A DNA stretch of 64,000 bases, taken from the NCBI GenBank assembly GCA_026770705.1, contig JANJGN010000023.1, forward strand, positions 4,526,001 through 4,590,000, given 5' to 3'. A program made the position numbers and the translations under genes. The notes below the pieces were generated by a model. The model was not told the DNA's origin and made no database searches. It worked only from the letters and a program-made list of their open reading frames with translations. This document shows, piece by piece, positions 11,687 through 25,285 of the stretch (positions within the stretch are counted from its first letter, which is position 1; each line of letters starts with the position of its first letter). Source of the stretch: Isurus oxyrinchus. Lineage: Eukaryota.

Positions 11687-12653
11687 TGTTGGAATCATAT
11701 CTCTCAAGACTAAATTTTTCTTTTACAAAATGGAAGGACTTGGCATTATTTGTACATTTGGATGTTGACCTGGGTTTTTTTCAAAAAGGTCATAAGTTCA
11801 CTTTGGAAGTGTCAACAAACAGGCCTCTTCGAAGAAATCACCTGACCTTTATTTTACTGGTGGAAGATCTTGTCGAAGATTGTTTGTTTTGAACTGTAAT
11901 CACTTTAATTGATGGGGAAAGAAACTGAAGAAAATCAAAGACTAATAACTTTCTGGAAATCACATGGGAGAAAGAAAAAAAATCTTGAAGTTGTGAAGCT
12001 GCCGGTTTTGAAGGCAGCCTGGTTGGGGAACAAGCTGAGGAAAGTAGGCTACCTTAACTGGCTCTCTCTCTCTCTACCATGTCTAAAATTGTACGTGGCT
12101 ATCAACCTGTAGCCAGAGAACCCTCATCTGGGTGTAACTGGTCTGCATTTGGACCTGCAAAGCTGAGACCAGTTGGTGAGAATTTCCAAACGTCACCAGG
12201 ACCAATGACCTGTCATCAGATGACAGAACTCCAAGTCGACAGTGTCAAGGTCCTGCGCACTTTATCCTTTATTTTATAATGCTCATCCTCTAAAGCTCAT
12301 CTCTGCAGAGAGACTCTAACTGTGCTTTACTTGTCTGTGTGTCTGTGTGTGTGTGTTTCTGTGTGTGCACACGTGCGTGCTGGGGGAATTCTGTAGGAAG
12401 AGATAGTTATACTTCCCGATTACAACTGTGTGTTAACCCAGTACTTGTAACTTGTTAAAAAAAATTGTTTTATAATAAACAATTGTTCTGAGTTTACTGA
12501 AAGAAGCCTTGTTGAAGATTCTTTTATTCTGGGCACCATTAGGAGAAATAGGTGATTGGCTATTTTGGTGAGAAAATTAAACTTTTAAATTAATGGTACA
12601 GCAGAGTAGTGGGGCTAGATCATACATGCACTTCTCCCATCCCGGTTGTAACA
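11687..12653 (+). repeat. 5' LTR
   Basis: TGTT...AACA termini; direct repeat of 22515-23372. Confidence 0.9.
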
Positions 12654-12658
12654 TAAAT

Positions 12659-12676
12659 TGGGGGCTCTTGCGGGAT
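12659..12676 (+). promoter_or_regulatory. Primer-binding site, tRNA-Pro type
   Basis: tgggggctcttgcgggat matches the canonical tRNA-Pro PBS TGGGGGCTCGTCCGGGAT at 16/18, 5 nt after the LTR. Confidence 0.85.
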
Positions 12677-13785
12677 TTGAAATGTGGACAGCGGGTGATT
12701 GGACACAGAATAACAGCAATTGGTAAAGGATAAAAGGACAGAGACCAGGTCTCTTACACATTAATAAGTGAAAATAGCCATCTTTGATGCAAGTGATTTT
12801 TGAAACAGCCTGGGTTAAATTATGATTCTGTAATGATATTAACCATCACTCAGTTGATGAACATGGCGGAGGAGTTACAGATAGAAGTTAGAACAAAAGC
12901 TAAGAAAGCAGAGCTTAGAAAACTAGTGGCCAAAAAGCTGAAAATGGAAGTGAAAGAACCAGAGGAACCTTTAGAATCAGAAGGAGACAAGTTTACCTGG
13001 GCACAGTTTAAGGTAGAACAGAAGAAGTTGGAAAGGAAAAGGAATGATAAAGGAAAAAGCAAGGGAATGAAAGGAAAGGGAAAAAGAGGGAGTGTTTCAA
13101 AGGGAGCAAGCAGAAAGGCAGGAGTGAGATATGGCAATAGAAAGAGAATTGGAAAAGTGAAAACTTGATCTCCAGAGAGAGAAGTTAGTAATGGAAGAAA
13201 AAGAGAAGGAACGAGAAAGGGAATACTGGCTTAAAAGGCTGGACTTTAAAAAGAGGCCTCAGATGTAGAAGAAGGTCCTGATAATGAAAGAAACACCTCC
13301 AATCCAAAGCCCAGTGAGCACATGCTTAAATTTGTACCAGACCTCCCAAAGTTTGAGGAAAGGGTTGTAGAAGCATTCTTTATTTCATTTGAGAAGGTAG
13401 CTACGCAAATGAAGTTGCCAAAAGAAATCTGGACATTGCTCTTACAGAGTAGGTTGGTGGATAGAGCTCATGAGGTTTATGCATCGCTGTCAGAAGAGGC
13501 ATCTGTGGATTATGATGCAGTAAAAAAGGCTATTCTGAGTACATATGAGTTAGTCCGGAGGCATACAGGTAGAAATTTTGGAACATAAGGAAACAGCTTG
13601 GGCTGACCTATATTGAATTTGAGGGGGTAAAACAAAGTAATTTTGACCATTGGGAACAGGCATTAAAGGTAGATACAACATATGAAGCCCTCAGGGAAGT
13701 AATTCCCCAGGAAGAATTTTTAAAATCACTTCCTCCATTAGTTAGAACCCATGTTGAAGACCAGAGGGCTGCAACAGCTAGACGG

Positions 13786-14878
13786 TGTCATGACAGTGGA
13801 TTACAGCCCTGAATTACTTACGGGCATGTTAAACATTTTAAGGAAGAGGTTTTTTAAAGACATACAAGCAAAAAATGAGCAAAAGATAGCTGAGAATGTA
13901 AAGTAACCACTTACTAGAAAATTCCTATGTACATTATACTTGACCGACTAGTTCTGAGAGAACATGGAATATTGCACTAAAAAGGTGTCAAGGCCAACTT
14001 TAGACAAAGACACTTGAAGGGAAGAGGTGAAATGCAAAAGACTGAACTTTAATCTCCTGTGGTTGTGGAGACAATGGAGGCTGATTTCCACATCTCAGCA
14101 GCCATTCAAGACCATCTCCTGTTGAGTTATATCTCAGAATGTGGAAATGATCTGAGTTGAAAGAAACAAGCTCTGGGCGAAGGACATGTTCGTTTTTTTC
14201 CCTTCCAGGAATACAGAAGGAAATGGGTTAAAAAGCTAGCTGCCAGCTTGATCTGCATGTGCTAGTGTGTGCTGTGAGTCACAGCAGAAAAGAAAGGATC
14301 AACGAGGTATCGGCTGCAGCTTGCAGACAAAAGGCTATTTCTCGCTCTCTGTTGCTGGAGGCAAATCAGCAATACCACAATCAAAAAGGAAATAGGACAG
14401 CTCTTCAGCCAACCTGCAGAACCAAGTGTCTCTATACCAACTGCTAAACTGCCAAAGTCATCTCTGGAATCACCCAACTTAATGGCCACATTTCGCCATC
14501 TACTGCTCACGGACAAGCCAAGGACTGATTTGTATTTTTAAAATCTTTTATTTGGACTCAACTTCTCACTTCTGATGTGTGTTTTTTTCTCAGCTTTTTA
14601 GTAACTAATAAACTTACTCAAAGAATTTCTTTAACTCAAGAAAGTCTGGTTAAATTGGCTCCTTCTAAAACAAAAATACACTTGGACTGGGAAAAGGTAT
14701 CCACGGGGGAAAGGATTCCTTTTAAATTAACCTTGTAACCTTGTTGCAATCAACCAAGGGCGTTGAATAAAGAAGGGGAGCCAGTTCATTCCTCCTCATC
14801 CAGGAGCACAACAAAATTAGAGTCCCGTTCAGGAAGTTAACAAATTGGGGGGACCTCACCCAGAGATCAGTCATAACA
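13786..14878 (+). mobile_element. Solo LTR of an unrelated family inserted in gag
   Basis: TGTCATGA...TCATAACA termini, 4-bp TSD acgg/acag; removal restores the gag frame ARQATEMADNYEL. Confidence 0.85.
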
Positions 14879-16190
14879 ACAGGCAACAGAGATGGCTGAC
14901 AATTATGAGCTAGTCCATAAATCTAAACCTTTTTTCTGTCACCCCTACAAACCCAAGAAAAATAGAAGGTGGGAAGATGAAAGGAAGGCAAGTAGCCAGG
15001 GAAAAGAAGGGACAGCTGAGAATTCCCCGGAAACTCCTCTTCAGACCAGAAAGGAGGGTGCTGAGGGTGGAAGTGATATTCGAAGGCCTAAGTGTTTCCA
15101 TTGTAACAAAGTGGAACACGTTCATGCCTGTTGCTGGAAGTTGTGGGGAAAATCCAAGGGACTTATTGGGGTATGCAAGGGCAATTCAGGAAAAGGAATC
15201 CTGACTGAAAGTAAAACCGATCAAGTAGTGTTAACTGCAGCTGTGAGAACAAACGCGAACACTGCTGTAAGTTCAGGAGAGGTGAATAAGATACAGGAGA
15301 GTTATAAATAATTTTTGTCGAGGGGAAAAGTAAGCCCTTATCCCTCAAATGAGATACTAAACCCATAATATCAAGAGACACAGAAGCCACGCAAACATTT
15401 TTGCTGGGGAAAGGTATAACTTTTCCACCAGAGAGCGCATTAAAAGCCAAAGTTTTAATAAATAGTTTTGGTGGGGAGTACATACCCCTACCTTTGCACA
15501 GGGTGCACCTGGAGTGTGACCTAATGTCTGGGATGGTGACGGTAGGGGTTGTTCAGAAGTTACCTGTGGATGGAGTTGATTTACTCCTGGGAAATTATTT
15601 AGTTGGAGTGAAGGTAATAGTTTCTCCCATAATTACAGAAAGCCCAAGTGAGGTTAGAGATGGAGCAGTTACAAGGAAAGGTTCCAGGAATCTTTCCCTC
15701 ATGTGAGATGACTCAAGCAATGGCTAAGCAAGATCCATCATCGGAGGTCAAAGTGATACCACAAACAGACATTTGGTTAGCTGAAACTTTCTTTAAAGAC
15801 TTAGATAATCCAAAAGAGATATTTAATAAATCTTTTCTGGTTGGGGCTCAACAAACCGATCTGGAGTTAAGTAAGATAGCACAATCAGCCCATACTGAGG
15901 CTGAGGCTGAGGAAGTTCCAGAATGCTATTACATTTAAAATGGGATACTAATGAGGAAGCAGAGACCTTCTCATTGGCCAGCAGATGTAGAGTGGATGGT
16001 TGTTCATCAGGTAGTGGTACTGCCAAATATCATAAAGAGATATTACGGATAGGACATGAAATTCCTTGGCAGGACATGTAGGGATATGGAAAACTCAAAT
16101 GCAGATAAACCAACATTTTTGCAGGCCAGGTCCTCACAAGGGCATCGTGTAGTTTTGTAAAACGTGCCAGATGGGTAGGTAAACCACAAC

Positions 16191-19100
16191 GTCAGTGGTC
16201 AGGATCAGCAGGGTGTGACTGCAAGTGAGGCAGGTAGAAGGATCCTGTGTTCAGGAACAGAGGAGCCTCAGCTCTTGACCTTGTCCAACAGGTACGAGGT
16301 ACTTGCTCCCTGTGTGGATGAGGAACAGGGCTGTAGGGAGGATGAGCCAGCTGACCACCGCACCATGGCACAGGAGGCCATTCAAGAGGGGGGGAGCAAA
16401 AAGACAAGTGGTAGTTGTAGGGGATTCTATAATTAGGGGAATGGATAGCAACCTTTGTAAGCAGGATCGAGAGTCCCGCATGGTATGTTGCCTGCCCAGT
16501 GCCAGAGTGAGGGACATCTCTGACCGGCTTGAAAGGATATTAGAAAGCGAGAGGGAGGATCCAGTTGTTGTGGTTCACGTCGGGGCAAATAACATAGGTA
16601 AGACTAGGAACTAGGAACTAAATTAAAGAACAGGTCCTCAAAGGTTATAATCTCCGGATTACTACCCGAGCCACATGCAAATTGGCATAGGGACGTGAGA
16701 ATAAGAGAAGTAAACATGTGGCTAAAGGAGTGGTGCGGAAAAGAGGTGTTCCATTTCGTGGGGCACAGACGTCAGTATTGGAACAGGAGGGATCTGTACC
16801 GTTGGGGCGGTCTCCACCTGAACCAATCTGGGACCAATGTTCTAGCGAAAAGGGTAAATAGGGTGGTCAACAGGACTTTAAACTAGAAAGTGGGGGGGGC
16901 GGGAGGGGAGGGTAAAACCCCAAGAAGTATGACTAATGGAAAACAAAGCAGCATGTTGTGGGGGGAGGGGATGGATTCAACTTCATGGAAAATTATGAAA
17001 AAACTGAAAAGGAAAGCCCAGAAGAGGCTATTAAAATCTCCAGAACACAAAATAGGACAGACTGTTTGGAAAGGGCTAGGAATCTAACTTCAAGCACATC
17101 AGATAAAGGGACGACAATGAGAAAGGGGATGGGAAATACAGGACTGAAGGTTTTGTATCTGAATGCATGCAGTATACAAAATAAGGTAAATGAGCTTGTG
17201 GCGCAGATTGAAATTGGCAGGTATGATGTGGTGGGCATCACGGAGACATGGCTGCAAGGGGATCAGGACTGGGAGCTAAATATCCAAGGATATACATCCT
17301 ATTGAAAAGATAGGTAGGTTGGCAGAGGGGGTGGGGTTGCTTTGTTAGTAAAAAATGAAATTAAATCAAGAGCAAGAAATGATGTAGGGTCAGGTGATGT
17401 AGAATCTGTGTGGGTAGAGTTGAGGAACCGCAAAGGTAAAAAAACCACAATGGGAATTATGTACAGGCCTCTGAACAGTAGTCAGGATGTGGGGCATAAG
17501 ATACACCAGGAGATAGAAAAGTCGTGTAAGAAAGGCAAGGTTACAGTGATCATGGGGGATTTCAATATGCAGGTAGACTGAGAAAATCAGATTGGTAGTG
17601 GATCCCAAGAAAAGGAATTTGTGGAATGTCTACGAGATAGCTTTTTGGAGCAGCTTGTGGTGGAGCCCACTAGGGAACAGGCAATTCTAGATTTAGTGAT
17701 GTGTAATGAGGCAGATTTGATAAGGGAGCTTAAGGTGAAGGAACCCTTAGGAGGAAGTGACCATAATATGATAGAATTTACCCTGCATTTTGAGAGGAAA
17801 AAGCTGGAATCAGATGTAACTGTATTACAGTTGAATAAAGGCAACTACAGAGGCATGAGGGAGGAGCTGGCCAGAACTGACTGGGAGATGAGCCGAGCAG
17901 GAAAGACAGTGGAACAGCAATGGCAGGAGTTTCTGGGAGTAATTTGGGACACACAGCAAACATTCATCCCTAGGAAGAAGAAGCATACAAAGGGAGGACG
18001 AGGCAACCATGGCTAACAAGGAAAATCAGGGACAGCATAAAAGCTAAAGAGAAAGCATACAATGCGGCGAAGAGCAGTGGGAAACCAGAGGATTGGGTAG
18101 CCTACAAAAACCAACAGAGGACAACTAAAAAAGAAATGAGGGAGAAGATTAAATATGAGGGTAAACTACCCAGAAATATAAAAGAAGATTGCAAGAGTTC
18201 TTTTAGATATATAAAGGGTAAGAGAGAGGCAAAAGTGGACATTGAGCCGCTGGAAAATGACGCTGGAGAAGTAGTAGTGGGGAACAAAGAAATGGCGGAA
18301 GAACTGAATAGGTACTTTGCGTCAGTCTTCATGGTGGAAGACACAAGTTACATCCCCAAAGTTCAAGGGTCGGGGGGCAGAGGTGAGTATGGTGGCCATT
18401 ACCAAGGAGAAGGTGCTAGTAAAATTGAAAGGTCTGAAGGTGGATAAATCACCTGGACCAGATGGATTACACCCCAGAGTTCTGAAGGAGATAGCTGAAG
18501 AGATAGTGGAGGCGTTAGTGTGATCTTTCAGCAATCACTGGAGTCAGGGAGGGTCCCAGAGGACTGGAAAATCGCTAATGTAACCCCCTGTTTAAGAAGG
18601 GAGTGAGGCAAAAGACGGGAAATTACAGACTGATTAGTCTAACCTCGGTCGTTGGTAAGATTTTAGAGTCCATTATTAAGGATGAGATTTCAGAATACTT
18701 GGAAGTGCATGGTAAAATAGGGCAAAGTCAGCATGGTTTCATCAAGGGGAGGTCGTGCCTGACAAATCTGTTAGAATTCTTTGAGGAGGTAACGAGCAGA
18801 TTAGGAGAGCCAATGGATGTTATTTACTTGGACTTCCAGAAGGCCTTTGACAAGGTGCCGCACAGGAGGCTGCTCAGTAAGATAAGAGCCCATGGTGTTA
18901 AGAGGCAAGGTACTAGCATGGATAGAATATTGGCTGTCTGGCAGGGGGCAGAGAGTGGGGATAAGGGGATCCTTCTCAGGATGGCAGCTGGTGACTAGTG
19001 GAATTCCGCAGGGGTCAGTATTGGGACCACAACTTTTCACTTTATACATTAATGATCTAGATGAAGGAACTGAGGGCATCCTGACTAAGTTTGCAGATGA

Positions 19101-20025
19101 TACAAAGATAGGTGGAGGGACAGGTAGTATTGAGGAGGCGGGTTGGCTGCAGAAGGATTTGGACAGGTTAGGAGAATGGGCAAAGAAGTGGCAGATGGAA
19201 TACAATGTGGGGAACTGTGAGGTCATGCACTTTGGTAGGAAGAATAGAGGCATAGACTATTTTCTAAATGGGGAGAGAATTCAGAAATCTAGAGTGCAAA
19301 GGGACTTGCGAGGCTTGGTCCAGGATTCTCTTAAGGTTAACTTGCAGGTTGAGTCAGTAGTTAGTAAGGCAAATGTAATGTTGGCATTTATTTCGCGGGG
19401 ACTAGAACATAAAAGCAGGGATGTGCTGCTGAGGCTTTATAAGGCTCTGGTCAGACTACATTTAGAATATTGTGAGCAATTTTGGGCCCCGAATCTCAGG
19501 AAGAATGTGCTGGCCCTGGAGAGGGTCCAGAGGAGGTTCACGAGAACGATCCCAGGAATGAAAGGCTTAACATATGAGGAACGTTTGAGGACTCTGGGTC
19601 TATACTCAAATGGAGTTTAGAAGGATGAGGGGGGGTATCTGATTGAAACTTACAGAATACTGAAAGGCCTGGATAGAGTGGACGTGGGGAAGATGTTAAG
19701 ATGTTTCCATTAGTAGGAGAGACTAGGACCCGAGGGCACAGCCTCAGAGTAAAGGGAAGATCTTTTAGAACAGAGATGAGGAGAAACTGCTTTAGCTAGA
19801 GAGTGGTGAATCTATGGAATGCATTGCCACAGAAGGCTGTGAAGGCCAGGTCATTGAGTGTATTTAAAACCGAGATAGATAAGTTCTTGATTGGTAAGGG
19901 GATCAAAGGTTACGAGGAGAAGGTGGGAGAATGGGGTTGAGAAACTTATCAGCCCTGATTGAATGGCAGAGCAGACTCGATGAGCTGAATGGCCTAATTT
20001 CTGCTTCTATGTCTTATGGTCTTAT
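16191..20025 (+). mobile_element. Long CR1 LINE with ORF1 SGNH-esterase domain and ORF2 APE-RT, inserted in the integrase
   Basis: VVVVGDSIIRG...VVVHVGANNI (esterase); YLNACS, GITETW, MGDFN (APE); PQGSVLGP, FADD (RT); (tcttatgg)n tail; integrase GKPQ|TIKPASLIPI resumes after it. Confidence 0.92.
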
Positions 20026-22514
20026 ACAATCAAACCGGCATCCTTAATTCCCATAACAGTTTTTGAGGAGCCATGTGGGACAATTACCAAAAACGAAAGC
20101 AGGACACCAGTATATCCTTACTATTATGGAGATGACAACTCGATTTCTAGTGAAAAAGTAAACCCAATTTTTTACTCGATATGGATGACTGATGGAGATC
20201 TAGTTGGATCAAGGGTCCAATTTTACGTCTAAAATGTTTCACAACATAAGTAGTTTGGGTATAAAACAGTTAAAATCCACAGCATATCATCCACACACAC
20301 AGCAAGCTTCAGAGAGGTACCATCAAACCCTCAAAACAATGATTAAAGCATATTGTCATGAACATCCCCATGATTGGAACAAAGGACTAGATTTTCTTTC
20401 ATTTGCTACCCGAAATTCTACAGGTTTTAGCCCTTTTGAATTAGTTTAGTGACACAAGACAAGACCTGCTCTGAAATTAATCAATGATAAATCTTTAGGA
20501 GAGCGGGACAAATCCCCTATGTTAGATTTTGTGTCTGTGTTCCAGGAACAGCTCATGGGGTCTGCAAAGTGGCTCAAGAATGTCTTAAAGTTTCTCAAAG
20601 ATGAAGCGATGGGCAGAAAAGCAATCTGTGACCTGAACATTACAACCAGGGGATGAAGTGTTAGTGTTATTAGCTTTATAGGTGGAGCCTCTGAAAGCAC
20701 GGTTCAGTAGTCCGTACAAGGTAAACAAGAGGGTTGATAGAGTAAATTATTTGATAGACACCCCATATTGCAGGAAAAAGAATCGGGTATGTCATATCAA
20801 TATGTTAAAACAATACCATCGTAGGGGGTAAGATAAAAAGGAGCAGGTATGTCAGATAGTAAGGACAGCAGAGGACGAAAGGTACAGTGAGTGAGGCAGA
20901 AGGAGATTTACATAACCCACAAATCAAGCCTCTTATCCTACTCGGTTAGCTAACACTGAAATATTATGACAGTTATATACTGTATTTTCATACTTAAAGG
21001 TTGGACGACAAGGGGATCTATAAGGTTACTTACAGAATTTAAAGAAACCTGTAGGGACAAACCAGGAGGTACAACTTTAGACATGCATGATGTGGAGGTA
21101 GGGGAATCTTCACCTATTAGGCAACATCCTTATCATTTAAGTCAAGAGGAACAAAGCTCAAGTGACAGCAGAAATTCAATATATGTTTAAAATCACCTAA
21201 TTGAGCCTAGTGAAAGCAGTTGGAGTTCGCAACCTGATGGGTCAACCAGATTCTGAATAGATTATAGGAAAGTTAATGCAGCAACAAAAACAGATTCCTA
21301 CCCAATCCTTCGTTTAGAAGATTGGATTGACAGGCTTGACGGTGCCACATTCCTCACTAAGAAAGATTCGCTGAAAAGATACTGTCAAGTACCTTTAATG
21401 TCACGAGCTAAGGAGTTATTGGCTTTTGTCACGCCAAGTGGGCTATACCAATGTCGAGAAATGCCATTCGAACTAAAAAATGCTACAGCCCCTTTCCAAA
21501 GACTAATGAATCAAGTGATCACTAATATTACTAACTCTGTAGTTTACTTGGATGACGTATTGATTTACAGAAACACAAGGAAACTCCACCTAAAACAGCT
21601 GGAAGCGCTATTTGAACAATTACAGTTGGCAGATCTAGTAATAAACCTTGCCAAGAGTGAGTTCATGAAAGTGTGAGTAACATATCTAGGGTATATTGTA
21701 GGACAAGGACAAGTTTGCCAAGAACAGCAAAAGCACAAGCTTTGATGTAATTCCCTGTCCCTAAAACTAAACAGGAAATCATGAGATTTTTAGGGATGTC
21801 AGCTTCTACCATAAATTTGTGCCAAACTTCAGCATAATAGCTGCTCCACTAATGGATTTATTGCAAAAGAAGGCTAAGGTAGTATGGTCAAGAGAGTGCC
21901 AGACAGCTTTTGAGAAGATGAAGACAATCCTAACTAATGAACTTGTGTGCTGCCCCTAATTTCGCTAAACCCTTCAAGGTGGTAATCGATGCTGGTGACT
22001 TGGGGGGTGAGGGTGGGTGTGGTCTTAATGCAGGAAGATGAGTCGGCCATAGAGAAGCCAGTGGAGTACTTTTTGAAGAAATTAAATTGGCAACAAAAGG
22101 GGTACTCTACAATAGAAAAGGAAGCCCTGGGGTTGTTACTGGCTCTTAACATTTTGAGGTATATATCAATCATGGCTGTAAAGAAACCCTAGCATATACT
22201 AACCATAATCCTTTGGCCTTGGTGGAAAAATTTAAGACTCAGAATGACACACTATTCCGAAGAAGCTTGCTAAAACAGCCTTATAACTAAAAAATTGCTC
22301 ATAATGCTGAAAAAGAAATATAATTGCTGATGCATTATCAAGAATGTAATTTTATTTAAAATTGTCTGAAAAACCAAGTGAGAAAACTGTATAAGGAGTG
22401 AATGCTGAGTGAGTGCATGTTTGAATTGTTATATATGTTGTATGTATCTTTTTCTGTACACTATGCAATGAAATACATTTGGAAATGGTATTTCTTCTCT
22501 TAAAAGCAGAGGCA

Positions 22515-23372
22515 TATTAGAATCATATCTCTCAAGACTGAATTTTCCTTTTGCAAAATGGAAGGACCTGGTATTATTTGCACATTTTGGATACTGGCCT
22601 GGGATTTATTATTTTTTTTTAAAAAGGTCATAAGTTCACTCTGGAACTGTCAACAAGCAGACCTCTTCCAAGAAATCACCTGCAATTTATTGTAATTGTG
22701 AAAGATCTGGTTGTTTGTTTTGAACTATAATCACTTTAATTGATAGGGAAAAAACCTGAAGAAAAACAAAGACTAATAACTTGCTAGAAATCATATGGGA
22801 GAGAGAAAAAAATTTAAGTTGTGAACCTGATGGTTTTGAAGGCAGCCCGGTTGGGAAACAAGCTGAGGAAGGTAGGCTGCCCTAATTGGCTCTCTCTCTC
22901 TCTACCTTGCCTAAAATTGTGTAGGGGTATAAGCTGTAGTCAGAGAACCCTCATCTGGGTGTACCTGGTCTGCATTTGGACCTGCAAAGCTGAGACCAGT
23001 TGATGAGAACTTCCAGACGCCCACTGGTCTTTACATGAGGGAACTCCAGTTCAACAGTGTAGAGACCCTGCTAACTTCACCCTTTATTTTCTAATGCTTA
23101 TCCTCTAAAGCCCTTCCCTGCAGAGGGACTCTGTCTGTTTGTCTGTGTGTCTGCAAGCGCATGTGCTAGGGGAATTCTTCAGAAAGAGAGAGATAGCTAT
23201 ACTTTCTGATTACTTTTATGTTAACCAGGACTTGCAATGTGTTAGAAAGAAGTTTTGTTTTATAATAAACAATCGTTCTGAGTTTACTTAAAGAAGTCTG
23301 GTTGAAGATTCTTTTATTCTGGCTACCAATAAGGGAAATAGATGATTGGCTATTTTGGTGAGAAAATTAAAC
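22515..23372 (+). repeat. 3' LTR, truncated at its right end
   Basis: Preceded by purine tract aaaagcagaggca; homology to the 5' LTR stops at gagaaaattaaactt. Confidence 0.88.
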
Positions 23373-24995
23373 TTAGTAATAGCTGAAAATCAGATGAATG
23401 GGAGAAAGGAACTTGGTGGAATTGAAATCACTGGGGAAGCAGTACTGAGAAAATTGATGGAGCTGCAGGCTGACAAGTCTCTGGATCCCAATGGACAACA
23501 TCTTAGGGTCTTAAAAGAGGTGCCTAATGAGGATGTCGATTTGCTGGTGTTAATTTTCCAAAATTCGTCAGATTCTGGAAAGGTTCCATCAGATTGGAAA
23601 ATAACAAATATAACCCCCCCTATCCAAGAAGGGAGGGAGGCAGAAAACAGGAAACTATAGGCCAGTTAGCTTGACATCTGTCATGGGGAAGTTATTAGAT
23701 TCGATCATTAAGGAGGTTATAACTGGGCACTTAGAGAGCTCAAGGCAATTGGGAAGAGCCAGCATGGTTTTGTGAAAGGAAAATCATGTTTAACCAATTT
23801 ATTGGCGCAGGGATAAAGGGGAGCCTGTAGACATACTATACTTGGATTCCAGAAGGCATTTGATAAGGTGCCACATCAAAGATTATTATGGAAAATTAAA
23901 GCGATGGTGTAGTCGGTAGCATATTAGTATGGATAGAAGATTGGCTGGCTGGCAGAAAGCAGAGAGTATGCTTAAATGGATCTTTTTCTGATTGACAGGA
24001 TGTGACGAGTGGCATCCCATCGGGGTCTGTACTGGGGCCTCAACTTTTTACGATTTATATCAATGACTTAGACGAGAGGAGTGAAGGCATTGCAGATGAC
24101 ACCAAGATAGGTAGGAAAGTATGTTGTGAAGAGGACATGAGGAGGTTGCAGATGGATATAGATAAGTTGAGTGAGCGGGCAAAGATCTGGCAAATGAAGT
24201 TTAATGTGGGAAAATATGAAGTTGTTCACTTTGGCAGGAAGAACAAAAATGCAGAGTACTACTTAAATAGAGGACAGCTGCATAATTCTGAGGTGCGGAG
24301 GGATCCAGATGTTCTAGTAAGTGAGTCACAAAAAGTTGGCAAGCAGTTACAGCAACTAATTAAGAAGGCTAATGGAATGCTATCCTTTCTTACGAGAGGG
24401 ATTGAACATAAAAGTAAGGATGCTTCAGTTATACAGGGCATTGGTGAGACCACACCTCGAATACTGTGTGCAGTTTTGCTCTGCTTATTTAAGGAAGGAT
24501 GTAAATGCATTGGAGGCGGTTCAAGGGAGGTTTACTAGATTGATACCTGGAATGAGTGGTTGTCTAATGAGGAAAGGTTGCACAGGCTGGGCTTGTTTCC
24601 ACTGAAGTTTAGAAGAATGAGGGGTGATTGATTGAAGTATACAAGATCCTGAACAGCCTTGATATCCTAAGGATGTTTCCTCTTGTGGGTGAGTCCAGAA
24701 CTAGAGGGCACTATTTTAAACTTAGGGGTTGCCCTTTTAGGACAGAGATGAGAAATTTTTTCTCTCAAAGGGTTGTGTGACTTTGGAATTCTCTGCCTCA
24801 TAAGAAGGTGGAGGCGGGGTCATTAAATAATTTTAAGGCAGAGGTAGATGGATTATTGTTAGGCAAGGGAATCAAAGGTTATTGGGGTTAGATAGAATGT
24901 GGAAATCGAAACACAAGATCATCAGCTATGATCTTATTGAATGGCGTGGCAGGCTTGAGGGGTTAAATGGTCTACTCCTGTTCCTATTTCTTATG
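23373..24995 (+). mobile_element. 5'-truncated CR1 LINE (RT region)
   Basis: GIPSGSVLGPQLFTIYINDLD..IADDTK; RPHLEYCVQF; tail ctactcctgttcctatttcttatg. Confidence 0.88.
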
Positions 24996-25006
24996 CTCTT
25001 ATGATT

Positions 25007-25285
25007 TGCTCTTGTTGGAGATGGTCATTGCCTGGAACTTGTGAGACACAAATGTTAGTTGCCACTTATCAGCCCAAGCCTGGATATTGTCCAGGTCTTG
25101 CTGCATGTGGACACGGACTGCTTCAGTGTTTGAAGAGTCGCAAGTAGTGAACGCTGTGCAATCATCAGCAAACATCCCCAATTCTGATCTTATGTTGGAG
25201 GGAAGGTCATTGATGAAGCAGCTGGAGATGGCTGGGACTAGGACACTACTCTGAGGAACTCCTGCAGCGATGTCCCGGGACTGAT
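25007..25285 (-). mobile_element. Continuation of the host LINE interrupted at 11686
   Basis: GMFADDCT...MQQDLDNIQAWADKWQ, collinear with the 4925-5413 ORF. Confidence 0.8.

Larger units (their letters stand above)
11687..23372 (+). mobile_element. Degenerate Gmr1-like Ty3/Gypsy LTR retrotransposon (gag-PR-IN-RT-RH)
   Basis: 5' LTR 11687-12653 (TGTT...AACA), PBS, gag (LPKFEE..FFISFEKVA; CFHCNKVEHVHACC knuckle), DT-type protease remnant, IN (H..H..C..C at ~16055-16170, DQGSNF at ~20207), RT YLDD at ~21545, RNase H YSTIEKEAL, PPT, 3' LTR from 22515. Confidence 0.92.

Noticed and set aside
12800-15940. Domesticated gag/SCAN gene
   Set aside because: Multiple frameshifts and stops plus a nested solo LTR; a decayed retrotransposon.
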